DNA of 35,615 bases from Hyphomicrobiales bacterium (GCA_011087745.1 JAALLB010000001.1:1-35615), one strand, 5' to 3'. Counted from the first letter of the stretch, positions 20,483 to 30,985 are shown. Program-made: numbers and translations. Notes: generated by a model not told the origin, from the letters alone.

Positions 20483-23400
20483 GAAACATCTCCTTCATCA
20501 TCACCAAATGACCATTCACGGGTTCTGGCAAGATGGTCATAATCTCCGGAAATATCGCCATCTTTAAAAGGTGCGCGTCTGGATAAATATCCCTGCTCCA
20601 AATACTGATAACCTTTAATCAGCTTAACTAGTTCGGCTTCGGCATTATTGATGATGTCATCAAGGGTATAGTCTTTATTTGCAATCGATTGGGCTTTAAA
20701 TTCAGAACTGCGGCGCAGTCGCATGTAGGTCAAGTCCTCGATACCAACAGAGGTATCGATTTTGAAACCAGCATTCCTAGCAATCAGTCCTTCCAGAGCC
20801 AGTTGAGGTGAAAGCGTTTGGGCTTGTTTAATCGAGGGCCCAAGACCTGTTTTATAGTCAATGATATGAAGTGCCTGATCATCTGTCACATCAATGCGGT
20901 CAGCACGGGCGCGCAGATGAAAACTATCATTAACAAGTTTGATAGACCCTTCAATTTCACAAAGGGTTTCAGAAATTTTTTGCTTGAGATGGTATTTATC
21001 TTCCCACGCAATGTAAGCTTCGGCAATTTCTTGGAATCTCAATTGCCAGATATTTGAAATATCAACCGGTAAATTCTGTGCTTCAATATGTTCATTGGAA
21101 AGTGCTTTTAAATATTCCAGCCGTTCTGTTGGTGTCTTTGATGCGCTGACACCTTCAACATAGTCTTGCATAATAGCGTGATAGAGCGTCCCTTTTAACA
21201 TCGGGTCAGGATCCCGTTCCAATGGCTCAAGTGGCGTAAGCTTCAAAATACGTTTTGCATAAAGTGCATAGGGGTCTCGTATCCAGGTCTCAATATCCGT
21301 AACAGCCAGCGAAGATGGGCGTGACGCAACCGGCGGTTTTGGATTGGGTCTGTCAACACGTTTGCTTTCAAGGCTGCTCTTATCCAAAAAGTCTGCATAA
21401 TAAAGAAATTGATCACCTCTTTTACGCAGGGAATTAGCTTGTTCCTTGCCAATCAACGCTGTTAGTCGTTGGACCCAACGCGACGAAACGGTCGGTGATT
21501 TATCAACACGAGAAGAACGCGAAAGGAAGACTTCTTTTTTACCCATCAGTTGTTGAAAGTCGTGGGCAGAAAGGCCGGTTCTGCGTTCTGGAGAAGACAT
21601 GCCTAATTCCTGTCGCATCAAACGATTTAAAAATGCATCGTTGCGAGTAGTTTGTGGCCATGTTCCTTCATTTAAACCCGCAAGAATTACGCGGTCATGT
21701 TCGAGCAGACGTACTTCGAGCGGACCATAAATATGTAGTCTTGGGTGTGTATTACCCCGCGGTTTTGTAACAACGCTCTTCAAGATTGCATCAAAGGCAG
21801 ATGGAAAATCACTCGGTATCAGTTGGAAGAATTGATTATCCATTGAAAGTATATCTTCAAAAAGACGTTTAAGTTCTATGGCACCTTCACCGCCGAGAAT
21901 ACTTGAAGTGCCTTCCTGATCAACTGAAAGAGCTTCCGCAGCTCTGGCAACCTCCAAAAAGAATGTTTCAAGTGGGGTTTCATTTTCCAAATGTGCCAAT
22001 GCAAGGAGAGGCTGGAAGACGGTATCAAGGCGCGCTGCATATTCCGCCAAAGTTCCCCATTCCTCTTCGGTGATTGATTTAACTTGTGCTGATACATATT
22101 TAGCTTTGCTTAGTTGAATTTTCCTTCGGTCTACGAAAGCTGCAAACTTACTAGGAATGGCTCTATCAATCACACCTCGCAAGGCAACCAACTCGAAAAT
22201 TCGCGCAAGATTTTGCGCTTCTTTTTCATCATAGCCGACTAACGAAAGAGGATGCTTGAGCAAGGCGGTGAGAGCCGAATTTTGAAATGGCAAGAAACAG
22301 ATTTGTGAAATTTGCCTGATGAAAAGCGCTGCCTCTGAATTCTTAAGTGGCGAACCACCTGAATCATCGACGATAATGTTATAGCGTTGCAGTTCTGATG
22401 AAACGCGTCTGGCAAGATTCCGATCTGGCGTTACCAAGGCCGCAGTTTTGTGCGGGTCCGTTAAAACTTCTCGCATTGCAATTGCAATTGCCAGTGCTTC
22501 CTGTCTTTCATTCCCTGCTTCAATCAGTGATACCTTTGAAAGTGCCTCATTTATTTTTTCAGGCATAAAATTACCGCTGTCCGACAGCCAGTTCGACGTA
22601 AATGCAGAAGGCGCCAATGCAAGCCCCAATAATTCTTGGCAATATGATCCCAGTTCAGTTTTTTTACCCAGCTCTGTTACATTTTCACGATCAACGTTTA
22701 GGCTATCAAGCAGTTGGGCGAGACCAAATTGCGGATGGGTTTCCAGAGTTGCTTGCTCAACGCCCTTTGTTTCTGCTAACGCTTTCCACTCAATATCCGA
22801 AATGGATTTATCAAGATCTGGTAATACAACAGCGCCATTTTCAAGATTGGCAACCGCCTGTAATAACCGCCGGGTTGAAGCTACAGATCCAGTTGATCCT
22901 GCAACAATAACAGGCCCCTTGTTTTTCTTCGATAAGTAAAACTCGGTCCGCAGGTTCAATAATTTTGCAGCCCGCTCTGCAGGATCAAGCAAGCCTTTGG
23001 ATCGTAAATGCTCTGGCCAGATTTCCATAATGATGTTCAGGAAGGTTGTTGTAAGTTTCCACCATTCTGCATGATTGTCAGGGACAATATTGCGAACCGC
23101 AGACCAATCAATTTCTTCCTGCGTAATTTGGCTCAGTAAGATGCTCAAATCTTGTGCTAGTAAAATTGCATCTGCGCGTGAGGATGGAATAATGATGTCT
23201 TCATCTTTATAAATGCGTCTGGTTTCATCCTCCATGGCATCAACCCAATGCTGTACAAGAATCGCAAGTTGTAGCGTTCTCTCCAAAGGTTTGATCTCTT
23301 CACCGGGCTGCCCAAAGTGACTGGCATCCGCCGCAATGCCAAAATCCTCATCTCCAACATCACCAAGGGTTTTGATATCGGGAAGTAAGAGCGCTTCTTC

Positions 23401-23634
23401 TTCATAAACACTCATAAAAGCAGTTGAGAGCGCTCTGGCCGCACGTCTGTTGGGTACAAATATTGTTGCCGATGAAAGTAGCAATGGGCTTTCACGCGGA
23501 CGAAACCCTTTGATCAGTTCTCCGTCTAGAAGGCCTTGAACCAACACCTGTAGAAAGTCACATTCTGCAGGAATCGAATAGATGTTCGATAGTAGAGTTT
23601 TGCTTTTATTTGAACCGTCTGAAATTTCTGGCAC
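20479..23634 (-). CDS. addB: Double-strand break repair protein AddB
   Basis: VPNRRAAR, AGSTGS, WIRDPYALYA, RADRID...IDYKTG, YDHLARTREW; overlaps the addA start. Confidence 0.96.
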   Translation of the reverse strand: MPEISDGSNKSKTLLSNIYSIPAECDFLQVLVQGLLDGELIKGFRPRESPLLLSSATIFVPNRRAARALSTAFMSVYEEEALLLPDIKTLGDVGDEDFGIAADASHFGQPGEEIKPLERTLQLAILVQHWVDAMEDETRRIYKDEDIIIPSSRADAILLAQDLSILLSQITQEEIDWSAVRNIVPDNHAEWWKLTTTFLNIIMEIWPEHLRSKGLLDPAERAAKLLNLRTEFYLSKKNKGPVIVAGSTGSVASTRRLLQAVANLENGAVVLPDLDKSISDIEWKALAETKGVEQATLETHPQFGLAQLLDSLNVDRENVTELGKKTELGSYCQELLGLALAPSAFTSNWLSDSGNFMPEKINEALSKVSLIEAGNERQEALAIAIAMREVLTDPHKTAALVTPDRNLARRVSSELQRYNIIVDDSGGSPLKNSEAALFIRQISQICFLPFQNSALTALLKHPLSLVGYDEKEAQNLARIFELVALRGVIDRAIPSKFAAFVDRRKIQLSKAKYVSAQVKSITEEEWGTLAEYAARLDTVFQPLLALAHLENETPLETFFLEVARAAEALSVDQEGTSSILGGEGAIELKRLFEDILSMDNQFFQLIPSDFPSAFDAILKSVVTKPRGNTHPRLHIYGPLEVRLLEHDRVILAGLNEGTWPQTTRNDAFLNRLMRQELGMSSPERRTGLSAHDFQQLMGKKEVFLSRSSRVDKSPTVSSRWVQRLTALIGKEQANSLRKRGDQFLYYADFLDKSSLESKRVDRPNPKPPVASRPSSLAVTDIETWIRDPYALYAKRILKLTPLEPLERDPDPMLKGTLYHAIMQDYVEGVSASKTPTERLEYLKALSNEHIEAQNLPVDISNIWQLRFQEIAEAYIAWEDKYHLKQKISETLCEIEGSIKLVNDSFHLRARADRIDVTDDQALHIIDYKTGLGPSIKQAQTLSPQLALEGLIARNAGFKIDTSVGIEDLTYMRLRRSSEFKAQSIANKDYTLDDIINNAEAELVKLIKGYQYLEQGYLSRRAPFKDGDISGDYDHLARTREWSFGDDEGDVS

Positions 23635-23665
23635 TCCGATTAAAGTGCCCGTCGCCTATAATGGA

Positions 23666-24442
23666 TTAAGCGGCACTTCTTGCAATTGCGTCTTCCGCTT
23701 CATGTATAGCATCGGGTGTTCCAACGTGCAACCAAAGACCTTCAAGACGTAGCCCGAATAACCGTTCTTGTTCAAGAGCTGCATCAAACTGTTTGTTCAA
23801 TGAAAAGGCGCCATTGGGAGCATCATTAAATACAATTGGATTAATGATGGCAGCTCCCGCATATGCGAAAGGTGCAATTTTCTTTTCACCGCGACGCTGA
23901 AGACGTCCGGTAGGGTCCATAATAAAATCACCTTTCGAGCCAAACCCGACAGCATTTGCCATGCCAGCCAACAACAGCATCATATCCATCTGGTCAGGAT
24001 TCCAAACTTCAGCCATTCTACTCAGGTTTGGACGATACCCTTCAACCCAAAATGAATCTGCATTAATGAGGAAAAATGGGTCTTCGCCCAATAGGGGTAA
24101 GGCATTTGCGATACCCCCGCCAGAATCCAGTAACTCATCTCGTTCATCCGAAATTGTGATGTGCAAGTCCCGCCGATTGGCAACGTAATTTTCAATTTGG
24201 TCAGCATGGTAATGAACATTGATAACGGCCTCTTCAATTCCAGAACGCACGAGCGCATCCAACCCATGATCAAGAAGCGTTTTGCCATAAACTTCAACAA
24301 GAGGTTTGGGAATCTTATCGGTAATGGGCCGCATTCTTTTGCCAAGTCCGGCAGCCAGAACCATTGCTTTCTTGGGTCCCAATCTGTGCGGTATATGCGC
24401 AACTATATTGGTTTTATGCATTTCAGCTCCTGTGCCGGTCAT
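23666..24442 (-). CDS. murU: Nucleotidyltransferase, MurU-like (MurNAc-1-P uridylyltransferase)
   Basis: AMVLAAGLGKRMRPIT...PKPL, WLHVGTP; adjacent to the AmgK-like kinase. Start uncertain. Confidence 0.8.
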   Translation of the reverse strand: MTGTGAEMHKTNIVAHIPHRLGPKKAMVLAAGLGKRMRPITDKIPKPLVEVYGKTLLDHGLDALVRSGIEEAVINVHYHADQIENYVANRRDLHITISDERDELLDSGGGIANALPLLGEDPFFLINADSFWVEGYRPNLSRMAEVWNPDQMDMMLLLAGMANAVGFGSKGDFIMDPTGRLQRRGEKKIAPFAYAGAAIINPIVFNDAPNGAFSLNKQFDAALEQERLFGLRLEGLWLHVGTPDAIHEAEDAIARSAA

Positions 24443-24498
24443 CCGTGTTCTCCGGCTTTTGATCTGTTTTTCCTACGCCACTTGATGCTTGTTTCTTG

Positions 24499-25992
24499 TT
24501 ACTGTTTTATGACACTTTCCAGCCAGTTTTTGTAAGCATAAAGAGCTGGATGCTTCAGGCTGCGTTGTAAATATTCTTGAACACGTGGCAAATGTTTTAA
24601 ATATCCTGGCTTCCCGTCCCGTTCATTCAAACGAATGAAAATACCAAGTATTTTAGTTGCTCTTTGTGCAGCCATGATTGCATAACTCTCACGAAACTCT
24701 GCCGTATTGAATTTAGTATTTTTTGCTTTTCTACATGCGATATAGTGATTTACCAGCTGCGTTTCCAGTTCACTGCTCACATCAACTCGGGCATCTTGCG
24801 CAAGTGAGGCAACATCGTATGCGATGGGGCCGAGTACTGCATCTTGAAAATCAATTACACCAATACGCTCGGTTCCAACTTTGTTTTCTCTCCATAAAAT
24901 ATTGGGAGAATGGTAATCGCGCATTACAAGCGTTTGTTCATGAGTTTGAATGGTTCGAGCGTAGTTGCACCAAATAGCTTCGAATTTTTCAATATCTGCG
25001 GTGTCAATTTTACCACCTGAAAGTGATGGCGCATACCATTGCAGCAACAAATCCACCTCAATTAGAATTGCTTGCTCATCATAAGTGGGAATAGTGTATG
25101 TCTCACCTGAGCTGAGTTTGGACTCAGCCTGAAACTTGCACTGATGAAACTCAGCCAGGAATTCAATTGCTGCCATATAACGTTCCGCAATAGGCACTCT
25201 TTGGCTATCTATGATCCCTTCACTACCAAAATGCTCAATCAATAAGAGGCCGCCATCCAAGTCTTGAGCTTTTATTTCCGGGGCACAAAATTGTTCTGAA
25301 CGGATTAACTCATCGATCGCGACAAAGGCCTTTACATCTTCTGCAAGGTGAGCAATTTTGCTATAGGGCTTGCCATCTTTAATTGGCGGGCCGTCTGGGA
25401 GCGCTGGCGCGTTCATTAATAAAAGCTGTTCACTTCCGCTTGCAATTAATTCGTAGCTTCGGGCAGATGCATCACCCATCAAGTGACTACGTTTGTAATT
25501 TTTATGGGGTGTTCCGTTTAAGAAGTGCCTGATTTCACAGCTTCGCTTTATACGGTTGAGCAAATTTGAATTACCTGAGAATTTAAACTCTCTTATGGGT
25601 TCATCCAGGTCCGAAATCTCGATATGAACAGCCTCAGTGGGAATTTCATCAAAACACCGCTCCGGCCATTCCATAATGACACAGCCAGCTTCAAGGGCAT
25701 CTTCCCAACCCAACTCTTCAAGTTCATCCATGCTGGAGAGACGATACAGATCAAAATGGGCAATTGCTGGCAAAGTCTCGTAGCTCTGGCACAGTGTATA
25801 AGTTGGGCTGGGCACCTCAAAATTTTCATCATCGGCTAAATGCCTAATAATACCGCGGGCAAGTACACTTTTCCCAACACCGAGGTTTCCTGACAGGCAA
25901 AGGAAATCACCTTCCCTTAGAACCATGGCAATGTCACTGCCAAGCTTGGTGCTCTCTTCTTCGCTGGCGCTTATAAATACCAATGGATCCAT
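24499..25992 (-). CDS. tsaE: Fusion of TsaE (t6A ATPase) and AmgK-like phosphotransferase
   Basis: N-terminal GNLGVGKS, VPSPTY, HFDLYRL, MEWPE; C-terminal GDASARSY, RDYHSPN, IDFQDA. Confidence 0.92.
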   Translation of the reverse strand: MDPLVFISASEEESTKLGSDIAMVLREGDFLCLSGNLGVGKSVLARGIIRHLADDENFEVPSPTYTLCQSYETLPAIAHFDLYRLSSMDELEELGWEDALEAGCVIMEWPERCFDEIPTEAVHIEISDLDEPIREFKFSGNSNLLNRIKRSCEIRHFLNGTPHKNYKRSHLMGDASARSYELIASGSEQLLLMNAPALPDGPPIKDGKPYSKIAHLAEDVKAFVAIDELIRSEQFCAPEIKAQDLDGGLLLIEHFGSEGIIDSQRVPIAERYMAAIEFLAEFHQCKFQAESKLSSGETYTIPTYDEQAILIEVDLLLQWYAPSLSGGKIDTADIEKFEAIWCNYARTIQTHEQTLVMRDYHSPNILWRENKVGTERIGVIDFQDAVLGPIAYDVASLAQDARVDVSSELETQLVNHYIACRKAKNTKFNTAEFRESYAIMAAQRATKILGIFIRLNERDGKPGYLKHLPRVQEYLQRSLKHPALYAYKNWLESVIKQ

Positions 25993-25996
25993 GGCG

Positions 25997-28567
25997 TTAG
26001 GCAGCAGCTGTTATTGCACTGTCCCGGCTATAGGGAACTTGTTTGATTTCAGGTTTGATTGGAATTCGGCAAATAAAGCAGGAACCAGTTGGTTCAACAT
26101 TTTCGACACTAATTGTACCGCTGTGCATCTCAATAAACCCGCGAGCTATGGACAGGCCAAGCCCTGTGCCTTTTCTAGCACCATCATGTGGTTGCGTTTC
26201 AAATCGGTCGAAGATCGTTTCACGCTGTTCTTCTGCAACTCCAGGGCCCTGGTCAATCACTCTGATTTCATGGAAGTCGCCTTGGCATTCAGCTGAGATG
26301 GTAATAGTTCCACCATCTGGTGAGAAGTTTGCGGCATTGGAAATCAAATTGTTCAAAACCTGAACAATTCTTGCCTTATCTGCAATGATGTTGGCGCTCT
26401 CTTCGGATATGGCAAAAGATTTCTTAAGGCCTTTTTCATTCAATATTGGAATGAAAGATGAAAATAGGTCTTCCAGCATTTCTGGAAGATTAACGTCCCC
26501 AAATTCCAAAGTCATTGAGCCTGCATCTATTGACGCCAGATCAAGAATATCATCAACCATGGCTCGTAATTCATCGGCTGAACTATTGATGTGAGACAGG
26601 TACTCAACCTGCTTTTCATTCAGCTGTCCTATTTCAGGGGTCGTCAGCATTTCGCCAAATCCGGCAATATTTGTGAGTGGCGCCCGCAGCTCATAGGATA
26701 CATGCTGGATGAATTTACTTTTCAATAAATCGGAAGCTTCCAGTGCCTCTGCCCGTTCGTTAAGCGCTTTCTCGAAGTTCACATTAGCTGTTATGTCAGC
26801 AAACGTCAGCATGGATTGCCCATCAGGTAATGGCACTAATGAGTATTCAAATGTGGATCCGTTTCGAAGTTCAAGCCTGCCATTTAACTCAGAGCGCTCA
26901 TCATCCAAACCGGTAATTTTGCCAAGAATTTTTTGTAGGTCATCAGGGTTGGAGATTGTATCCGTCCAGGATTCTATTATTTTGACAATATGAAGGCCTT
27001 CATCAACGGCAACTCCGGAAGTACTCCAAAGGGTTTCCAGGGCCGGGTTAAACAAACGCAGTTTTCCGTTTGAGCCAAAAACAGCAACCGCTTCATTTAG
27101 GTGGTCAAGTGTCTCACCCTGAACCTGCATCAATGAGTTATAGTTACTTTCCAGTGCCAATCGCTCTGTCACATTTTCAAATATCCAGGTTGATCCACCC
27201 TGGTTTCTAGGATTCATGACAACCCGGATAGTTTGTCCATCCAACAAGTGCCACCACTCTTCCTTGGGCTCGATTGCCTGATATATATCCAGTTGGCCAT
27301 CACGCCATTTACGCCAGTCCGGGTGTTCAGGCAGGAGTTTTCCGTCGCGCATTGCGTCTAATAGTTCTGCATTAGATGGTTGTGTTTCCAGAAATCCTGC
27401 ATCTAACCGCCAAAGTTGACAAAATCCGCTGTTGTGGAATATCAAATTTTGGGATTTATCGAAAATGGCAACAGCGGTTGCCAATTGATCAAGCATCCGC
27501 GAATGACCTTCATTGGTATCTTTTAGAGTGCGGCGAATATCATCAACATCGCTTTTGTCGAGAGCAATACCAGCAAAACCAGCTTCACCTTTGATTGAGA
27601 AAACTTCCAGCTTTTTTCGGTCACCAGCTACAGTAGCCGGTAGTGTGCCTTGGTATAAATCTTGCTCTTCTTGTGTTTTTCGAATTTTTTCGCGTTGCTC
27701 TTGGTCAAATAAATTCCAGTCTGTACCAATTGCTTGTGAAGGTTCTGAAAGCTCAAGAGCATCTGCGTAAGCTTTATTAATCCAAGATAGTTTGCCAGCA
27801 GCATTTCTTAGCCAAATTGGCATTGGTAATTTTTCAAATAAGTGCTCAATTGTTCTAAACTGACCTATCAATTCTTCATGTTCAGCCTTCACCCGAGCGT
27901 ATTCTTCGCGCTCTGATCCAAGCTCCCTGATTCGAACAAATGCATAAGCACCTGAAACACGCCCCTGTGCTTCGAGAATACTGTCGTTTTTAGTTTGTAC
28001 ATTTGTATCGAAGGGTTTTGCATTTGCCCGCAACTCACGCAACAATGGCTCAAATCCATCCGAAGATTCGTCAGTTAGCCAATTGCCAAACGCAAGAAAT
28101 TTCTCGCTGTTTTCTGGTGTGCCCGTTGCAGAAGATAGTTTTCCTAGCAATTTTGGAGTTTCTTCTGTGCCATTCCAGACAACAATACATTGATCCGCTA
28201 CACTTACTAATGCTTCATTTCGATCATTTCTTGCACGAAGTTTTGAAAGACTTTCCTTTAAAAGAGTGTTTTCAGCTGTAATTCTGCTTCGTTCCCGTAT
28301 CAGCCATGATGCAGACATAAGAGCAAAACTCATTGCGCCGCCAAAAACCGCGAGCATCAAAATTTCAGTTGACTGAAAATTTTCGATCAGACGGGTTTTA
28401 AAACTTACCGCCTTATTTTCCTGCGCAACTGCATGGCCAAAAGCCATAGGTAAACTGGCAAGTGCAAAACTTGCTTTCAGTCCCAATGTTTTTATGCGCG
28501 CAACTATTTTGTGTCGCACAAAAGGTTTACGCCTTGCGATATTGCTTGGTTTTAATAAACCCGGCAT
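25997..28567 (-). CDS. divL: DivL cell-cycle pseudo-histidine kinase (PAS domains)
   Basis: H-box HVSYELRAPL has Tyr in place of the phospho-His, the DivL signature. PAS repeats and HATPase domain present; conserved position between ahcY and tsaE. Confidence 0.88.
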   Translation of the reverse strand: MPGLLKPSNIARRKPFVRHKIVARIKTLGLKASFALASLPMAFGHAVAQENKAVSFKTRLIENFQSTEILMLAVFGGAMSFALMSASWLIRERSRITAENTLLKESLSKLRARNDRNEALVSVADQCIVVWNGTEETPKLLGKLSSATGTPENSEKFLAFGNWLTDESSDGFEPLLRELRANAKPFDTNVQTKNDSILEAQGRVSGAYAFVRIRELGSEREEYARVKAEHEELIGQFRTIEHLFEKLPMPIWLRNAAGKLSWINKAYADALELSEPSQAIGTDWNLFDQEQREKIRKTQEEQDLYQGTLPATVAGDRKKLEVFSIKGEAGFAGIALDKSDVDDIRRTLKDTNEGHSRMLDQLATAVAIFDKSQNLIFHNSGFCQLWRLDAGFLETQPSNAELLDAMRDGKLLPEHPDWRKWRDGQLDIYQAIEPKEEWWHLLDGQTIRVVMNPRNQGGSTWIFENVTERLALESNYNSLMQVQGETLDHLNEAVAVFGSNGKLRLFNPALETLWSTSGVAVDEGLHIVKIIESWTDTISNPDDLQKILGKITGLDDERSELNGRLELRNGSTFEYSLVPLPDGQSMLTFADITANVNFEKALNERAEALEASDLLKSKFIQHVSYELRAPLTNIAGFGEMLTTPEIGQLNEKQVEYLSHINSSADELRAMVDDILDLASIDAGSMTLEFGDVNLPEMLEDLFSSFIPILNEKGLKKSFAISEESANIIADKARIVQVLNNLISNAANFSPDGGTITISAECQGDFHEIRVIDQGPGVAEEQRETIFDRFETQPHDGARKGTGLGLSIARGFIEMHSGTISVENVEPTGSCFICRIPIKPEIKQVPYSRDSAITAAA

Positions 28568-28589
28568 GTCCCCGGTCCTCTCGCCGCTC

Positions 28590-28685
28590 GATTCCCCAGA
28601 CTGCCCTGCTGTTACACTTCCTTTTTCAAATCAACTGATTCGTGGAAGTTTATGATTCTTAACACTTTAAACAATTTACGATTCG
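28590..28685. promoter_or_regulatory. Cluster of four CcrM GANTC sites upstream of divL
   Basis: GATTC at 28590, 28637, 28654 and 28680; two are in the YGANTCG context. Confidence 0.6.
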
Positions 28686-28703
28686 CCGTGAACCCTTTTT
28701 TGC

Positions 28704-28737
28704 AAAAAAAGCTACCGCATTTGTCAATGCGATAGCT
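28704..28737 (-). terminator. Rho-independent terminator after ahcY
   Basis: Minus strand AGCTATCGCATT-GACA-AATGCGGTAGCT followed by a T-run. Confidence 0.8.
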
Positions 28738-28766
28738 ACTATATGTTGTGGATAATTTATTTAGAA

Positions 28767-30161
28767 TTAATATCTGTAGTGTTCTGGCTTATATGGGCCC
28801 TGAGTTTCAACTCCAATGTAGTCGGCTTGATCTTTGCTTAATTCTGTCAATTTCACGCCAATTTTCTCAAGATGCAAACGCGCTACTTTCTCATCGAGGT
28901 GTTTTGGAAGGATGTAAACTTCGTTTTCATACTCATCTCCTTTGGTCCAAAGTTCAATTTGAGCAAGAACCTGGTTCGTGAATGATGCTGACATAACAAA
29001 AGATGGATGCCCGGTTGCATTACCAAGGTTCAGCAAACGCCCTTGGGAAAGCAGGATCATACGGTTACCCGATGGCATATCATACATGTCGACCTGATCT
29101 TTGATATTTGTCATCTTCATGTTGCGCAAGTTTGCAACCTGAATTTCATTGTCAAAGTGACCAATGTTACCAACAATCGCCATATCCTTCATCTCACGCA
29201 TGTGTTCGATACCGATAATGTCTTTGTTGCCGGTTGTTGTAATGAAGATGTCTGCATCTTTCACAGTATCTTCAAGTGTTGTTACTTCAAACCCATCCAT
29301 TGCTGCTTGAAGTGCGCAAATTGGATCGATTTCAGTAACTTTAACACGAGCACCTGCACCGCGAAGTGAAGCAGCCGAACCCTTGCCGACATCGCCATAA
29401 CCACAAACAACAGCAGTTTTACCAGCCATCATAGTATCAGTTGCGCGGCGAATACCGTCTACAAGAGATTCTTTACAACCATATTTGTTGTCGAATTTTG
29501 ATTTTGTTACGGAGTCATTGACATTGATTGCAGGGAAAGGCAGTTCGCCTTTTTTGTGCAATTCATAAAGTCTGTGAACACCAGTTGTCGTTTCTTCAGA
29601 AACACCCTTGATGTCGTCGCGGGTTTTTGTAAACCAGCCTGGGCTTTCTTTCATGCGTTTTTTGATTTGAGCAAAAATTGCTTCTTCTTCGGATGAAGCG
29701 CCTTCTAGAAGGTTTGTTTCGCCTGCTTCTGCACGCGCACCAAGAAGAATGTATAATGTTGCATCTCCGCCATCATCAAGAATAAGGTTTGCACCTTCCG
29801 GGAACATGAATGATTTATCAAGATAATCCCAATGTTCTTCAAGTGTTTGGCCTTTTATAGCAAATACCGGAATATTAGCTGCTGCAATTGCAGAAGCTGC
29901 GTGATCTTGGGTTGAGTAAATATTACAAGATGCCCAACGGACATCAGCACCTAGTTCAACCAGTGTTTCGATCAAAACAGCTGTTTGAATTGTCATGTGT
30001 AGTGAACCAACAATGCGCGCACCTTTAAGAGGCTTGCTGGCACCAAATTCTTCGCGAAGCGACATCAGGCCCGGCATTTCTGTTTCTGCAATATCAAGTT
30101 CCTTGCGACCAAAATCTGCAAGGGAAATATCTTTCACTACATAATCTGTGAATTCTGACAT
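28767..30161 (-). CDS. ahcY: Adenosylhomocysteinase
   Basis: [51 protein letters not shown]. Confidence 0.98.
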   Translation of the reverse strand: MSEFTDYVVKDISLADFGRKELDIAETEMPGLMSLREEFGASKPLKGARIVGSLHMTIQTAVLIETLVELGADVRWASCNIYSTQDHAASAIAAANIPVFAIKGQTLEEHWDYLDKSFMFPEGANLILDDGGDATLYILLGARAEAGETNLLEGASSEEEAIFAQIKKRMKESPGWFTKTRDDIKGVSEETTTGVHRLYELHKKGELPFPAINVNDSVTKSKFDNKYGCKESLVDGIRRATDTMMAGKTAVVCGYGDVGKGSAASLRGAGARVKVTEIDPICALQAAMDGFEVTTLEDTVKDADIFITTTGNKDIIGIEHMREMKDMAIVGNIGHFDNEIQVANLRNMKMTNIKDQVDMYDMPSGNRMILLSQGRLLNLGNATGHPSFVMSASFTNQVLAQIELWTKGDEYENEVYILPKHLDEKVARLHLEKIGVKLTELSKDQADYIGVETQGPYKPEHYRY

Positions 30162-30240
30162 GGGATTTCCTTTATGGAATATGAAATTTAAGTTCGTATT
30201 TGCGCTGACTTCTATCAGTTAGTTTCAGCTTCCGCAATAT

Positions 30241-30262
30241 CATATAAAGAAATCTTTATATG
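30241..30262. promoter_or_regulatory. Palindromic operator upstream of ahcY, SahR-type
   Basis: CATATAAAGA-AA-TCTTTATATG is a perfect 10-bp inverted repeat about 80 bp upstream of ahcY. It resembles, from recall, the operator of the ArsR-family SAM-cycle regulator SahR. Confidence 0.72.
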
Positions 30263-30299
30263 TTCTAATTACGGCTTCTCGCACGCGCTTTAGACTGTA

Positions 30300-30578
30300 T
30301 TATTCTTCTTCACCAAATTTTTCATCAATCAGGTTGGATAATGCCTCGAGCACTTCATCTACCTGGCGACCTGTTGCAGCAATGTGGATTTGGCTTCCCT
30401 TTGATGCAGCTAACATCATCAAACCCATAATTGATGTCCCGCCAACTATATGGCCATCTTTGCTGACCGTAACTTGGGCGTCATATGCATCAGCGCAATT
30501 GACAAATTTTGCTGAGGCACGAGCATGCAGTCCACGCATATTGGTGATCTTTAGTATTTTAAGGGGTGTTTCTGACAC
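30300..30578 (-). CDS. npr: HPr-family phosphocarrier NPr
   Basis: NMRGLHARASAKFV, GTSIMGLMMLAA. Confidence 0.93.
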   Translation of the reverse strand: MSETPLKILKITNMRGLHARASAKFVNCADAYDAQVTVSKDGHIVGGTSIMGLMMLAASKGSQIHIAATGRQVDEVLEALSNLIDEKFGEEE

Positions 30579-30583
30579 TACTA

Positions 30584-30985
30584 TTAGTTGCCCTGCAATA
30601 CTTTACTCGCAACATGAATGTATTTGCGGCCGGCTTCTTGAGCAAGCTCTGCTGCTTCAAAAATTGTTTTGGATTCGCGTAAACCGGCAAGCTTGATGAG
30701 CATCGGCAGGTTAATTCCGGCGATGACCTCAACTTTATCATTCTGCATCATTGAAATAGCGATGTTGCTGGGAGTCCCGCCAAATAAATCTGTAAGGATG
30801 ATAACTCCAGATCCCGTTTCTACTTGTTCGACCATGTCAGAAATATCTTTGCCTCGAACTTCCATATCATCGTCAGCTGCAATATTGATTGCTTCCATAT
30901 TGTCCTGTGGTCCAACGATATATTCTAACGCGAGTTTAAATTCTTGAGCCAAATTGCCATGGGTGACAATCACGATACCGATCAT
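30584..30985 (-). CDS. manX: PTS EIIA-Man type component
   Basis: MIGIVIVTHG, LTDLFGGTPSN, GINLPML. Confidence 0.92.
   Translation of the reverse strand: MIGIVIVTHGNLAQEFKLALEYIVGPQDNMEAINIAADDDMEVRGKDISDMVEQVETGSGVIILTDLFGGTPSNIAISMMQNDKVEVIAGINLPMLIKLAGLRESKTIFEAAELAQEAGRKYIHVASKVLQGN

Noticed and set aside
24499..25992. TsaE-AmgK fusion as a novelty
   Set aside because: This fusion next to murU-addB-addA is common in Rhizobiales.
25997..28567. His-to-Tyr change in the kinase H-box as a sign of decay
   Set aside because: It is the normal DivL signature.
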